Shown piece after piece: positions 46,262-57,267 of a DNA stretch of 64,000 nt. The DNA is from a virus. The number at the start of each line of letters is the position of its first letter. The stretch's first letter is position 1. A program made the position numbers and the translations under genes. The DNA lies in IMG/VR virus record IMGVR_UViG_3300023273_000426, positions 1-64,000 of that record; one strand, 5' to 3'. The notes under the pieces are model-generated. The model was not told the DNA's origin. It saw nothing but the letters and a program-made list of their open reading frames with translations, and ran no database searches.

Positions 46262-49200
46262 TTATTTATCTAGTAGTTTTTCTACCATTGCACGGAGTTC
46301 TGCAATCTCTGCTGCTTGAGTATCAATCTGTGCTTGTTGCTCTTTGATTGCTTCGATTAACACAGGAGCAATACGTTCATACTTAACAGTTAAGTAATCT
46401 TCACCGCTTTTACTGTTGCCTTCGTCGTCTAAGTCAAATGGTGCAGGAGCAACTGCTTCTGGCAACACTGCTTGAACTTCTTGTGCAAGTAAACCAACTT
46501 CGCGCTTTTCTGTATCAACGTCAAGTCCCCATTTGTGACCTTCGTCTGTCCAGTTATAAAGCACACCATTCAATTCTTTGACTTTGTTAAGTGCATTTGG
46601 AATGTTTTCAATGTTGGTTTTAAGTCTAGCATCTGATGAGTACGCTGTAACTTCGCCTGGGAATAGTGTATTACCACTACCGTTTAAAATAGTTGCAGTT
46701 CTAGTTAGTGAAGTAAACACACCCGTATACTGTCTATGATAGTGTGGTTCTGTACCATCGTCTCCTGTTGCTATTTCTAAATAACCTGCGTTTGATCCAG
46801 TAGCAGCACCACCAAATCTCCACTGGTCGTTGTCACCCATTGTACCTTGTGTACCACGGAATGCTGTACCACTGTTTGAGAATACCTGTGTTGCAGTTGA
46901 TTGATGAGCACCATTTGTTCTTAAGAACCCTGTGCTATCAATACCATCTAGTGTGTTGGCATTGTCAGCACTAATACCAGTTAGGCCCGCACCATTACCT
47001 GTGAATGCATTAGCAGTAATGTTGCCTGTGATGTTAATAGTACCTGCGCCACTTAGTGTGCCACTGAAGCTATCGTTTGCATTGCTACGTATAAAGGCAC
47101 CGCTTGTTAGGCCATCAAGTAGATCAGCATCAAGTCCACTACCAGCACCGTCGTTGCCACTGTGCCAGACAGTATAGTCGGTTGATCCATTTTGGAATAT
47201 TAATCCACTTGTGCCGCCATCTATTTCGAGTGCAGTATTAGCACCTTCGTTTTTGATGTATATACTATCGTCACTGTCTCTATACTGCATGTAAGCACGT
47301 CTAGTGGTCGATTGATACCAACTAATATAAGGATTACCAGTAGCAGAGGTATCTTGCAAGCGAATCATTTCATCACCAGCGTGTGACATTGTTAGCAAGC
47401 CACCCATTGTATCAGCAACATTACTACGTAAGAAGTTTGCACTATCGATACCGTCTAGCGTATCAGCATTAACATTTGTTAAGCCACTACCATTACCAGT
47501 AAATGTACTTGTACCAATGTTGATGTTGCCAAATGTTGTTGTTATTTCACCTGCACCAAGTGCGCCAGTACCAGTCAAGTTACTGTATGTACCAGTAACT
47601 CTTGCGTTTGGAACAGTTCCTGTAGCTAAGTTACTTGCACTCAAGTTTTGAATGCCGCCACCGCTTGCTGTATTAAGTGATCCAGCATATATTGCTCCAA
47701 CAACACCTAGGCCGCCGCCGACTCTAACTGCACCAGTTGTTGTGTTTGTTGCGCCGCTAGTATTAGTAAATGTCTTAACACCAGCCATACTTTGATTGCC
47801 GCCGAGTCTGCTACCACTTACAGTACCACTACTCAAGTTACTTGCATTTAGTGTTGTTAATCCACTACCATTACCAGTAAATGTGCTTGTACCAATATTA
47901 ATATTACCAAAACCACTAGTAATACTACCACTGTTTAGAGCGCCTGTTCCTGTGATTTGTGCTTGGTGTTGTGTAATGCTCGAAGCAGCAATACGTGCAT
48001 CTGCTACAGTACCACTACTCAAGTTACTTGCATTTAGTGTTGTTAAACCGCTACCATTACCTGAGAATATGCCGCCGATATTAATATTTCCAAATCCATT
48101 AGTAATACTACCTGCATTTAGAATACCAACACCAGTAATACTCAACTGGTGCTGTGTTACGCCAGATACTGCAATACGTGCATCCGGTATAGTACCACTA
48201 GTTAGGAAAGCAGCACTCATATCACCAATAAAGTTATCTGCACGTATATCTTTGTTTACATACAACCCGCCTGTGATTTTAACTGCTGCACTGCCACCTG
48301 CAAATGTTGCACCGGTTGCATTTGTACCATCAGTAAATGTTACTAGATTGTTTGAAGCTAGTGTAGTAAATGCACCACTACTTGGAGTTATGTTACCAAT
48401 CGGAGTATTGTTAATAGCACTAACAAACAAATCACCATCAATATACATATCAGTATTTGTACGTAAATCCATACGTACAACCATTTCGCCTAAAGCACCT
48501 GCTAAATCTGCTGCTGCTTTAGTTTCACCAACTACAATCTCAGTTGCTGCTTGAGCAAATGCTAGTGTTGTAGCATTATCTTTGAGTAAGTTAAATGTAC
48601 CTGTTTCATCTGTATCAAGCGTTGTACCATTTACAAACAAGTTGCCTGATAAGTTAACATTTGTATTTCTAATGTTAAAGTTGCCTGATGTAGCACCTGC
48701 TGTAACTGTTGTTGCTGCTCCACCTACATTAAGTGTAGTTGCAGTTGCGTTGATTAGGTTAAAAGTTGCTGCGTTTGTAGTTATATCTCCACCATCAACA
48801 TTAACATCTAGGTCTACATCTAAGTTGTTGTGTATAGTTGTAGTACCTGTTGCTGCGCCTATCTCAACACTAGTAGCGTCACCGCCCATGTTTATTGATG
48901 TTGCAGTTGTGTCAAACAGTGCCATTGTAGCACTTGCAGCATTAATACCAGTAGTAAAACTTGGCGATGTAGCAAATGTTGCTGCGCCAGATCCTGTTTC
49001 GTCACTTAGTACACCACGCAGTTGCGCACTTGTAGTTGCTGCAAACTGACTTAATGGATTTCCTGTAATAGCAAGTGTACCGCTTGTTGGCAATGTTACA
49101 CTGGTGTTTCCAGTTGTTGTTAATCCTAATGTATGAGCACCAGTATGTGTAAAGTTGCCGCCAATAGTAATAGTACTGCCGCCGTTGTTTACACCAGTGC

Positions 49201-52200
49201 CGCCGTAAGTACTGTTGATAACACTACCTTGCCATACACCTGTTCCTATAGTTCCTAATGTTTGTAAACTACTGTTGACAACTGCGCTGCCGAGTGTTGT
49301 ACTGTTAAGAACACTTGCATCGTTGATGTAATATGCTTTACCACTTGCTAGGTTAAAGTCTTCACTCGAATCCCAACTTGTATTTGCATTATCCCAAGTT
49401 AGTGTTGCGTTAGCACCATCAACTGTAATACCAGCACCGTTTGCTGCTGCACCACTTGCTGCACCACTTGCTACAACAATGTTAAGATCGTCTACAGTTA
49501 GTGTTGTACTGTTAATAGTTGTAGTATCGCCATTAACTGTTAGATCACCTGTAACAACAAGATCGTGTCCAATAGTAGTTGTTCCGCCACCGTCACCACC
49601 TGTACCAATATTAACTGTTGTTGCTGCTGCGCCTACATTCAATGTTGTTGGTGTTGCAAATGCATTAAATGTTGTTTCAGTAGAATCTAAGTCTCCACCA
49701 TTAATATCAACATCGTGTGCAAAGGTGGTTTTACCTGTAGCTGCACCTACATTGATTGCTGTTGCATCGCCGCCCATGTTAATAGTTGTAGCAGTATCAT
49801 TTAGTAGAGCAACAGTTGTTTCACTTGTGCTTAATGTAGCGTCAACTTCAACTTCACCAGTGAATGTTGCTTTACCACTTGTATCAATAGTTAAACGAGT
49901 TTGAACTGTGTGTTCAATGTCACTTGATGTTGAAACTTCACCAGTTTTAATGATTACATCGCCGCCGGTTGCATTACCTGTTCCGGAACCGCCTTCAATA
50001 GTAATGGCTCCGCCTGCAACATTGTTTCCAATACCGCTTGTACCTTTGATTGTAGAACTAGTTGGTGTTTCACTTGCTTCGGCATTGCCAAATACAACAG
50101 TACTATTTCTAATAATCATGTTATTACCAATGTTTATTGTACCTTGTACAACGTCCAATGGATCAGATGTAACATTTAAATCTGTTCTAATAGTAAACGA
50201 AGTTGCGTTTTCAGTTGCACCAATAACTGGCCAACTACCATCTAAGTTTGTTACTGCACTACTTGCAATATTAATAGTATCGCCAACTAGTACACCTAAT
50301 GTTTTAGGAGTATAAGTAAATGATAGTGTAGTTGAGTTTGTAATAGTACCTGTTGTTTCTGTACTTAAATATATGTACTCATCAGTAACACCACTAACTG
50401 TTGTGTTTGATGGAATACTGCCACTACCAGTAACCAACATACCTGCTAAGATAGTTGATGTATCACTCATCGGAACTTCTTTTTCGCCGTTGGCTGTAAC
50501 TCCATTTGTATTTACAGTAACACTTCCAAGGTTAACTACTACATCCTGTGAAATAGTTGCTTCATAACCGTCAACAAATGTTAACAAGTTACGTGTTGAA
50601 GTTGCATTACCTATTTTAATATTAGTAGCAGCGCCGCCTATTTCTAAGCTAGTAACGTTTGCATTGTAAACACTACCACTACCAATACTCGATGAGTTAA
50701 GCGAAGCGTTACCAACGTCAAGTCCTTCTGATAGATCAAGTGCTGTACCCCATTCCGGTGTTACACCATTTGATTTTAAGAAACTGTTGTTTCTACCAAT
50801 GTTGAGCGTGTTTAAACTACCTGTGGTTTGTGCATATATCATGTCGCCAATTGCGTATGTGCTAATGTTTGTACCACCTCTTGCAACTGGAACAAGACTT
50901 GTTAAGTTAGCAGGATTTAGGAAATATGCACTATCAAGTCCATCTAGCGTACCTGCATCAACTACACCGTCTTTGATAAACACCTGTCCGCTGCCATCAC
51001 TAGGAACGTCAAACTGCGTTTGTAAAAATCTACTAACACCTAATGTAGAAAAGGTACCCAGAGGATCAAGGTCTACGTTAGCAATACCAATCTGTACCGG
51101 ATCGCCGTAGAACTCGCCGCCGACGCTACTACCTGTTAGTGTAATAGGGTTATCTGTTGTGTTTTGTTTTTTAAGTGTTTGTACAACATTTTTATAAGAA
51201 CTATCACCAAACAATGCTGTTTCACTGTTTGGCACACCACTTGCGCCAAGTCTACTTGGACTAATAGTACCTGAAATAATATTTTCAGCATCAATGTTTG
51301 TAACAGCAAGTGTGTTCCAGTTAGCAAGTAATCTACTAGAAGTATTAATAACTGCATTAACTTGTACGTTGTTTTTAATAACGTTTGCACTACCTACACC
51401 AATACCGTCGATAAGTTTTGGGTTAGTTACTAGATCGTTGATACTACTCAATGCGTCACTACGTAATGCATGAAGTGTAAAGCTGTTGAGTGTTACAGAT
51501 CCTATAAAGAATCTACTTCCTGATGTTACTGCTTCTGCATTAACACTAAACAGTTCATTCGACGAACTACCATCTGATAGTGATTCAAATCTAACAGCAT
51601 TACCAGTTGAAAACCCGTGTGCTTGTACTATAATACTATTATCAATTATATTAACTGTTCTTCTTGTGAGTGTGTGGGCATTGTTAGCAGGAGTGCTTGT
51701 AAAATCAATTTGATTTATTAATGCAAATCCTGAATATAATTCAAATGTATCTGCGTCAATCTTTTTAGCGTAATAAACCAATCCGTTTACTAGGCCTCCA
51801 ATTGCAACATTACCATTGGTATTATAGGTTACAGGGTCGCCGTTTTCAAATCCATGATTTGTTACAATAATACGAGAATCGGTATAGTTGACAGATCCGC
51901 CACTACCGCTAACACCAGCTAGGAAGTTGTTTTCAATAAAGTCGTCTAAGTTGATTATTTTACCGTTTTGTGTTGCAGTGTTGTCTTCAACAAAGTCAAT
52001 ACTCGATGAACTAGCAACGTAAAGCTCGCCACCTAATATATTAACATATGCACGTTTTTCAAAACTTGTAACTTCAATTTCAAAACCACTACCTGTTCCG
52101 CCAATGCTTGATGCAGCAACACTAAGTAGATCGCCGGTATCATAACCAGTACCGCCAGTTTTAATATCAACGTCAGTAACCTGTCCTGCTGTTACAGTAA

Positions 52201-55200
52201 TGTCTGCTGTTGCGCCTGAGCCCGATCCTGAGTTGTTTGTAAATGCTACGTCTGAATATACTTTTGTTCCGTTGGTTGGAGTATACAAACTGCCGCCTGT
52301 AATAGAACCGTTATCTACACCTGTTAGTATACCATAGCGTACTTCTGTTACAGCACCCTGAGCGTTTCCGTCAGCTGATGTAACAATAGTACGTGCAGTA
52401 CCTGCTATTGTTTTTGAAGCTTCATTATCGCCAGTGTTGGCAATAGTAAATGATGTTGCTGTTGGTGTGCTTAACACAAGTGTATTTTCATCGTATGTTG
52501 TATCATCTGGAACTAAAACTTGTACATTGTTATCAACTTGTAAGTTGTGAGCACCGCTTGTTGTGATTGTAGCAATGTTGCTTGTACGTTCAACATCTGT
52601 AATAACTGCACTAGTAAATGTATAGTCGACGTCTGGATCAAGAACCAAATACTGACTGCTGTTTGAACTACGTAAGAAGAAGTTGTCAACAATCTCTGAC
52701 ACTGCACCTTTTGCAGTTGGGCGTACTCCAGAATCAACTCCATTAACAAACAAGTTTGGTGCTGTTCCACTTACATCCCAAGGATCGCCTGTACTATCAT
52801 CTTCAGTGTTCCACGCTCCTGGAACACTAGCAATAAGTATGTTTCCGCTCGATGCATAAGAACCTTTTGCATATGCAATAGCGTCGGCAATGCCGGGTTG
52901 TGTAATCACATCACCGTTAGTAACATTTGTAATATTTCCACTAAGTGTAAGTTCAACTTGCTCGTAGTTTTCTGTAGCAATGTCACCAGCTTTTAGATCT
53001 ATTGCCGGAATATCATCAACTTGTTCTAGTCTTGATAGGTAGCCTTGTGTGTTTGTGTTGGTAAACTGACGTGTTGCCGGAATCAAATCTCCGTTTAACT
53101 GACCGTTGGTATTAAGCTGAACAATAGCACCCGGAACGGCAGCTGTACTAACTGATTTGTCAACAAATCCGCCTAGTCTGTTGTTAATAAACGAACGTAC
53201 TGCTAACTGTGTGACCATACGTGCATCACTTGGTCCGCCAAGTTCGTCGTCGCCTAAGTTAACACTGGTTGAGATTTCTTCAATAGCAACGTCACTCAAA
53301 CTCAAACGCAAAGCATCGAGCTCGTCCACCTGAACTTTGTTTCTAAATGTAATGTTACCTGTTCTGTTGAACGCTGTAATAAAGTCACCAACTTTAAAGT
53401 CACCAAGTTCGTTTGTACCTGATGAGTAAACACGTCCTGGAAGTTCTTCAAACTGTTCAAACTCACTTCTTGTGTTACCACCGTTTTGTGGAAGTGCGTT
53501 GTAGTCAACACCCGAACCTGCGTATTCCCAAGTATGAGAAGAACTGTTAACAATCGACGGTCTGTGGAACCAAAGTTGTTTCTCAGGCAAGTTAACAGTG
53601 TTTGTTAAACTACTGCTACCGTCAGTAGCAGTAATCGAGAATGTTGCAGTACCTAAACCTAACTTTGTAGCTGCTTCGTTAACACCAATGGTTGAGTTTG
53701 GCGAACTAGCATGGTCTTCTGCAATAATACTTGTTTCGTCGAACTGTACTCTAAGCACACTAGAACCAACTGCAACTTGTTCAATACTTACAACTAGTCT
53801 ACGCTCTCTTGGTTCCCATTTTGTAACAATAGCACTGTTATTATTAACACCAGTTGTACCTGTAATAGTTCTACCAGGCACAAACTCATAACTTTCAGCT
53901 CCTGATTCTAGTATTAGTGTTTGATATGTTGTATGAGAACTTATAATTTCTTCAACAAAGAATTCAATAACGTTTGAGAAGAACTTGTGAGTGTTTGAAC
54001 CTGCTTCAATAAGATTAACATCAAAATCTCCTGATTCGTCAAATGTTAAACTAAATTCGTCATCATTAATGATTTTAATATAATAAGTCTGTTCTGCATC
54101 AAGTCCTTTAATAGGAGGATTGCCATCTGGATCATATATAACTTTTTGACCATTTGAGAATCCGTGATCTACAATTGTAATAACATCTGCTAAAACATTA
54201 ACGGCTGTAGCAGCATCAAATGTAGTTTCAGTTGGTGTAAGTTTGAAGTCGTTTGTAATATCGCCTTCACTGCTCACTTCAGTTGGATCTGGAAGGTCGT
54301 CTGGATCATTAATAATAGTTTTTACAACATCAAACTTTGCACTTGCAAAATCTTGTACGGCTGCACTAACTCCAGTAAGATATGCTAATGTTTCTGTCTT
54401 TGCTTGCTCAATAGCAGCAATAGTTTGTAGTTCTTGACCACTAATACTAATACGCGAACTATCTTGTAAGTTTTGTGTATAATAAGCCAAGCCAGCACTA
54501 CGTGAATATCTGTTGCCTGTATCCCAAACATCGTTGGCTACTGCTTCGACAATAAGTTGTGTGTCTCTATTACATTTTGATTGATTATAATCAAAGTTAT
54601 ACCAAATATTTGCTTGTATTTGTTCGTTAATAAACTGAGTAACATTCTGTGCAATATTGATTTGACCTGTGATTCCTAGTTCATTGAAGTCTGCTTGTAG
54701 TGCTGCACCAGTCCAAGTTATATCTGGCTCAACTCTAGTTGGCTCTGTAGCACCATTACTAGTTAAATAAGCAATGATTTCGTCTAGTCTAGCTGCTGCA
54801 TAATCAGCTGCCGCTTCACTACCTGCTGTACCTGATACATCTTGTGTTTCTGTATTTCCTGCGGTTACAACAACTGTTTGTTCTTGTATAACTTGTTTTA
54901 TTATTTCTTTTAGTCTACCATAAGCAGCAATAGTTTCCTCTTGCTGTCCAGCACCGTATTGTGCTACACCGTCGATAAAATATGCTAATGCTGCAACTAA
55001 TGTTTGTAAGTTTCCGCCATATGTTAAATCATAAGATAACGCATCAACAATAAGTCCGGTATCTCTTTCACATTTTGATTCATTATATGCAAACCCTGGT
55101 ACAAACGGTGAGTTTCCTGCGGCTATTTCTGCATTTAACCAAGCAGTAAGTTCGCTTTGTAAAAATGTTTTGTTTGCATTTATTTGTAATACTGCATTTT

Positions 55201-57100
55201 CAAAACCTGCATCACTAGCGTTATCTGTGCCGCCTGTTGGCAATGGACGAGAATATGCGGCTGCAACACTATCGCCGGGCACAGTATTTGCATCGCCGTT
55301 GGTTACAATATCAATAATCTCGTCCCAAAGTACATTAGCTCTACTTGTTGCTGTAGCATCAGTAAGTGCATTTGCAGTAAGTGCTTTAGCTTGTGCAAAT
55401 GCTGCAATGTGTTGATCTTTTTGGGCAGCAAATACATTGCCTGCAAACGATCCGCTAAAATATCTTAGTGCAGCACTAACACTTCTGTGATTACTATTAA
55501 ACAAGAAATCATAACGTACAGCATCAATCAATCTCTGAACATCGCGTCTGCATTTGTCTTCGTTATATGTAAATCCTGCCCATATGCTCGGCGAAGCTGC
55601 TGCAACTTGTGCATTAATCCAAGTTACCACATCATTAGCAATAATATCTTTGTTGAGTTTTAGTAAGTCGTGTGCTGTTTTATAATCTGGATCTCTAAAA
55701 CGTAATACAAATTCTTCAACTGGTGTATCACGATTGATACCAGCAATCGTAATAGTTTGCTTTCCTTCACTTTGACCTGTTGATGTTACAAACGCTCTAT
55801 CAAATTGGAACGCTTTAGGCGAATACCCACTACTTCTCAACGCATACAAACCAAAGTTTGTAGCGGAGTTGGTAATAGAACAGTAGCCGCCACTTTGTGT
55901 ATAAACACCATTTAGTAGGAAGATTTCAAAACAAGACACGATCTGTGCATAAGCATCATTGGTTAGACGCCAAGCAGTACCACCAAACGAGAGAATAGTA
56001 AATGCGTTGGCAACCATCGATTTACCTTGCTCAGGTATTGCACCAACTACTGGATTCTCAGCTTCGATTTGATTAACCGGAACGTTTGGAGATTCAACTT
56101 TTGAACCGTCAATTTTAGCACCGTTCATTCCTAAGAATGAAATAATCGAGGCGTTCTGAATATACGGTGAAGTTGTAATAGTTGGTTTTGTGTTTGGCAA
56201 GTTTGGATAACTTGCACGATCAGGAACATCAGTTGCTGTTGGATCATCAAAGGCAACAGCATAGTCAGCTGTAATAAGTGGAACAAAGTTTGAGTCAACA
56301 CCGTCACGGAATGTAAATTCACCAAAATAACAAGCGTTACGAACACGTAGCATGTCCAAGTTAGCATTCTTAGGACGAATAATACAACCACGCAAACCGT
56401 CACCTTTGATAACTGTGTTGTCTGGAACAATAATAGGATTGTCTTCTGTATAGTCGCCAACAGCAACTTTGATGTTAATACGTTTAAAGTTAACAGTGCC
56501 ATCAGCGTTGTATACTTGTGCGGAGGCTAGTTGACAAGCACGTTTAACTGTTTTAACTGGAGCACTTTGACCGTCATTTGCATCATCGCCTTGTTCTTGA
56601 GATACGTAAATGACATTTCCGCCGAAGATATCAGCGTCATTAAAGAATAAGTTACCAGAAGCATCAACTGACATTAGCTGACCAATAGTACCCGAAGTTG
56701 GAGGCAGGGTTAGTTGATAGCCAGCGTCTAATGTATTTGGTGCTTTAATACTAACACCATCTTCACCAGAAGCAGTAAGTTCTCTAAATGTTAAAACACC
56801 TGCATCTTCAATATCAACATTATCTTTAATATTAAATCCAGCATTTGTAATGGTCATCTTGTCAACATCATTAACTGTCATTGTGATTGCTGCTTCTGTA
56901 CTGTCAGCTAAATCGTCAATTTTAATTTCTGAGTTGCCTTCAAAAATACGTTTAGTAATATCTTGAACTGTATTATCGTCACGTAGTAAATATACTTTAC
57001 CGTCTGCTGTGTTTAATGCTAGTTCGCCGCTTTGAAGTTGTGCTATAGTTGGTTTCTTACCAGCGACCGCACTTCGTTTGTGTCTAATTGTTGTTGCCAT
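46262..57100 (-). CDS. Giant tail fibre/appendage protein (about 3612 aa) with a C-terminal peptidase S74 intramolecular chaperone
   Basis: N-terminal IRHKRS...GELALNTADG; Gly/Thr/Asn-rich repeats; DADLLDG motifs; C-terminal YSSDARLKTNI...GLLAQEV...VKYERIAPVLIEAIKE. Start ATG 57100 after AGGAGG. Confidence 0.88.
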   Translation of the reverse strand: MATTIRHKRSAVAGKKPTIAQLQSGELALNTADGKVYLLRDDNTVQDITKRIFEGNSEIKIDDLADSTEAAITMTVNDVDKMTITNAGFNIKDNVDIEDAGVLTFRELTASGEDGVSIKAPNTLDAGYQLTLPPTSGTIGQLMSVDASGNLFFNDADIFGGNVIYVSQEQGDDANDGQSAPVKTVKRACQLASAQVYNADGTVNFKRINIKVAVGDYTEDNPIIVPDNTVIKGDGLRGCIIRPKNANLDMLRVRNACYFGEFTFRDGVDSNFVPLITADYAVAFDDPTATDVPDRASYPNLPNTKPTITTSPYIQNASIISFLGMNGAKIDGSKVESPNVPVNQIEAENPVVGAIPEQGKSMVANAFTILSFGGTAWRLTNDAYAQIVSCFEIFLLNGVYTQSGGYCSITNSATNFGLYALRSSGYSPKAFQFDRAFVTSTGQSEGKQTITIAGINRDTPVEEFVLRFRDPDYKTAHDLLKLNKDIIANDVVTWINAQVAAASPSIWAGFTYNEDKCRRDVQRLIDAVRYDFLFNSNHRSVSAALRYFSGSFAGNVFAAQKDQHIAAFAQAKALTANALTDATATSRANVLWDEIIDIVTNGDANTVPGDSVAAAYSRPLPTGGTDNASDAGFENAVLQINANKTFLQSELTAWLNAEIAAGNSPFVPGFAYNESKCERDTGLIVDALSYDLTYGGNLQTLVAALAYFIDGVAQYGAGQQEETIAAYGRLKEIIKQVIQEQTVVVTAGNTETQDVSGTAGSEAAADYAAARLDEIIAYLTSNGATEPTRVEPDITWTGAALQADFNELGITGQINIAQNVTQFINEQIQANIWYNFDYNQSKCNRDTQLIVEAVANDVWDTGNRYSRSAGLAYYTQNLQDSSRISISGQELQTIAAIEQAKTETLAYLTGVSAAVQDFASAKFDVVKTIINDPDDLPDPTEVSSEGDITNDFKLTPTETTFDAATAVNVLADVITIVDHGFSNGQKVIYDPDGNPPIKGLDAEQTYYIKIINDDEFSLTFDESGDFDVNLIEAGSNTHKFFSNVIEFFVEEIISSHTTYQTLILESGAESYEFVPGRTITGTTGVNNNSAIVTKWEPRERRLVVSIEQVAVGSSVLRVQFDETSIIAEDHASSPNSTIGVNEAATKLGLGTATFSITATDGSSSLTNTVNLPEKQLWFHRPSIVNSSSHTWEYAGSGVDYNALPQNGGNTRSEFEQFEELPGRVYSSGTNELGDFKVGDFITAFNRTGNITFRNKVQVDELDALRLSLSDVAIEEISTSVNLGDDELGGPSDARMVTQLAVRSFINNRLGGFVDKSVSTAAVPGAIVQLNTNGQLNGDLIPATRQFTNTNTQGYLSRLEQVDDIPAIDLKAGDIATENYEQVELTLSGNITNVTNGDVITQPGIADAIAYAKGSYASSGNILIASVPGAWNTEDDSTGDPWDVSGTAPNLFVNGVDSGVRPTAKGAVSEIVDNFFLRSSNSSQYLVLDPDVDYTFTSAVITDVERTSNIATITTSGAHNLQVDNNVQVLVPDDTTYDENTLVLSTPTATSFTIANTGDNEASKTIAGTARTIVTSADGNAQGAVTEVRYGILTGVDNGSITGGSLYTPTNGTKVYSDVAFTNNSGSGSGATADITVTAGQVTDVDIKTGGTGYDTGDLLSVAASSIGGTGSGFEIEVTSFEKRAYVNILGGELYVASSSSIDFVEDNTATQNGKIINLDDFIENNFLAGVSGSGGSVNYTDSRIIVTNHGFENGDPVTYNTNGNVAIGGLVNGLVYYAKKIDADTFELYSGFALINQIDFTSTPANNAHTLTRRTVNIIDNSIIVQAHGFSTGNAVRFESLSDGSSSNELFSVNAEAVTSGSRFFIGSVTLNSFTLHALRSDALSSINDLVTNPKLIDGIGVGSANVIKNNVQVNAVINTSSRLLANWNTLAVTNIDAENIISGTISPSRLGASGVPNSETALFGDSSYKNVVQTLKKQNTTDNPITLTGSSVGGEFYGDPVQIGIANVDLDPLGTFSTLGVSRFLQTQFDVPSDGSGQVFIKDGVVDAGTLDGLDSAYFLNPANLTSLVPVARGGTNISTYAIGDMIYAQTTGSLNTLNIGRNNSFLKSNGVTPEWGTALDLSEGLDVGNASLNSSSIGSGSVYNANVTSLEIGGAATNIKIGNATSTRNLLTFVDGYEATISQDVVVNLGSVTVNTNGVTANGEKEVPMSDTSTILAGMLVTGSGSIPSNTTVSGVTDEYIYLSTETTGTITNSTTLSFTYTPKTLGVLVGDTINIASSAVTNLDGSWPVIGATENATSFTIRTDLNVTSDPLDVVQGTINIGNNMIIRNSTVVFGNAEASETPTSSTIKGTSGIGNNVAGGAITIEGGSGTGNATGGDVIIKTGEVSTSSDIEHTVQTRLTIDTSGKATFTGEVEVDATLSTSETTVALLNDTATTINMGGDATAINVGAATGKTTFAHDVDINGGDLDSTETTFNAFATPTTLNVGAAATTVNIGTGGDGGGTTTIGHDLVVTGDLTVNGDTTTINSTTLTVDDLNIVVASGAASGAAANGAGITVDGANATLTWDNANTSWDSSEDFNLASGKAYYINDASVLNSTTLGSAVVNSSLQTLGTIGTGVWQGSVINSTYGGTGVNNGGSTITIGGNFTHTGAHTLGLTTTGNTSVTLPTSGTLAITGNPLSQFAATTSAQLRGVLSDETGSGAATFATSPSFTTGINAASATMALFDTTATSINMGGDATSVEIGAATGTTTIHNNLDVDLDVNVDGGDITTNAATFNLINATATTLNVGGAATTVTAGATSGNFNIRNTNVNLSGNLFVNGTTLDTDETGTFNLLKDNATTLAFAQAATEIVVGETKAAADLAGALGEMVVRMDLRTNTDMYIDGDLFVSAINNTPIGNITPSSGAFTTLASNNLVTFTDGTNATGATFAGGSAAVKITGGLYVNKDIRADNFIGDMSAAFLTSGTIPDARIAVSGVTQHQLSITGVGILNAGSITNGFGNINIGGIFSGNGSGLTTLNASNLSSGTVADARIAASSITQHQAQITGTGALNSGSITSGFGNINIGTSTFTGNGSGLTTLNASNLSSGTVSGSRLGGNQSMAGVKTFTNTSGATNTTTGAVRVGGGLGVVGAIYAGSLNTASGGGIQNLSASNLATGTVPNARVTGTYSNLTGTGALGAGEITTTFGNINIGTSTFTGNGSGLTNVNADTLDGIDSANFLRSNVADTMGGLLTMSHAGDEMIRLQDTSATGNPYISWYQSTTRRAYMQYRDSDDSIYIKNEGANTALEIDGGTSGLIFQNGSTDYTVWHSGNDGAGSGLDADLLDGLTSGAFIRSNANDSFSGTLSGAGTINITGNITANAFTGNGAGLTGISADNANTLDGIDSTGFLRTNGAHQSTATQVFSNSGTAFRGTQGTMGDNDQWRFGGAATGSNAGYLEIATGDDGTEPHYHRQYTGVFTSLTRTATILNGSGNTLFPGEVTAYSSDARLKTNIENIPNALNKVKELNGVLYNWTDEGHKWGLDVDTEKREVGLLAQEVQAVLPEAVAPAPFDLDDEGNSKSGEDYLTVKYERIAPVLIEAIKEQQAQIDTQAAEIAELRAMVEKLLDK
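47819..48046. repeat. Exact 42-bp direct repeat (47819-47860 and 48005-48046) within the fibre's protein repeats
   Basis: TACAGTACCACTACTCAAGTTACTTGCATTTAGTGTTGTTAA occurs twice, 186 bp apart, encoding LTTLNASNLSSGTV. Confidence 0.9.
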
Positions 57101-57212
57101 TTGCAACTGCCTCCTATTTAGGTACGGGTCAGGTCCAAAGACGCCCATTGTAAAACGATAGAAATCGCTACTAACTTATTTATCAAGTTTAAAAAATGGT
57201 TACTGTATTCGT

Positions 57213-57238
57213 AAAAAAAGGGCCATTTAAGGCCCTTT
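57213..57238 (-). terminator. Intrinsic terminator between the two giant genes
   Basis: AAAGGGCC-TTAAAT-GGCCC followed by TTTTTTT on the minus strand. Confidence 0.8.
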
Positions 57239-57267
57239 AGTTTTAGTTTTTATTGTTTTCAGTAAAC

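Noticed and set aside
47400-48200. Fibre repeats as a diversity-generating retroelement TR/VR pair
   Set aside because: There is no reverse transcriptase in the window. The copies are in-frame coding repeats, and I saw no adenine-specific mismatch pattern.
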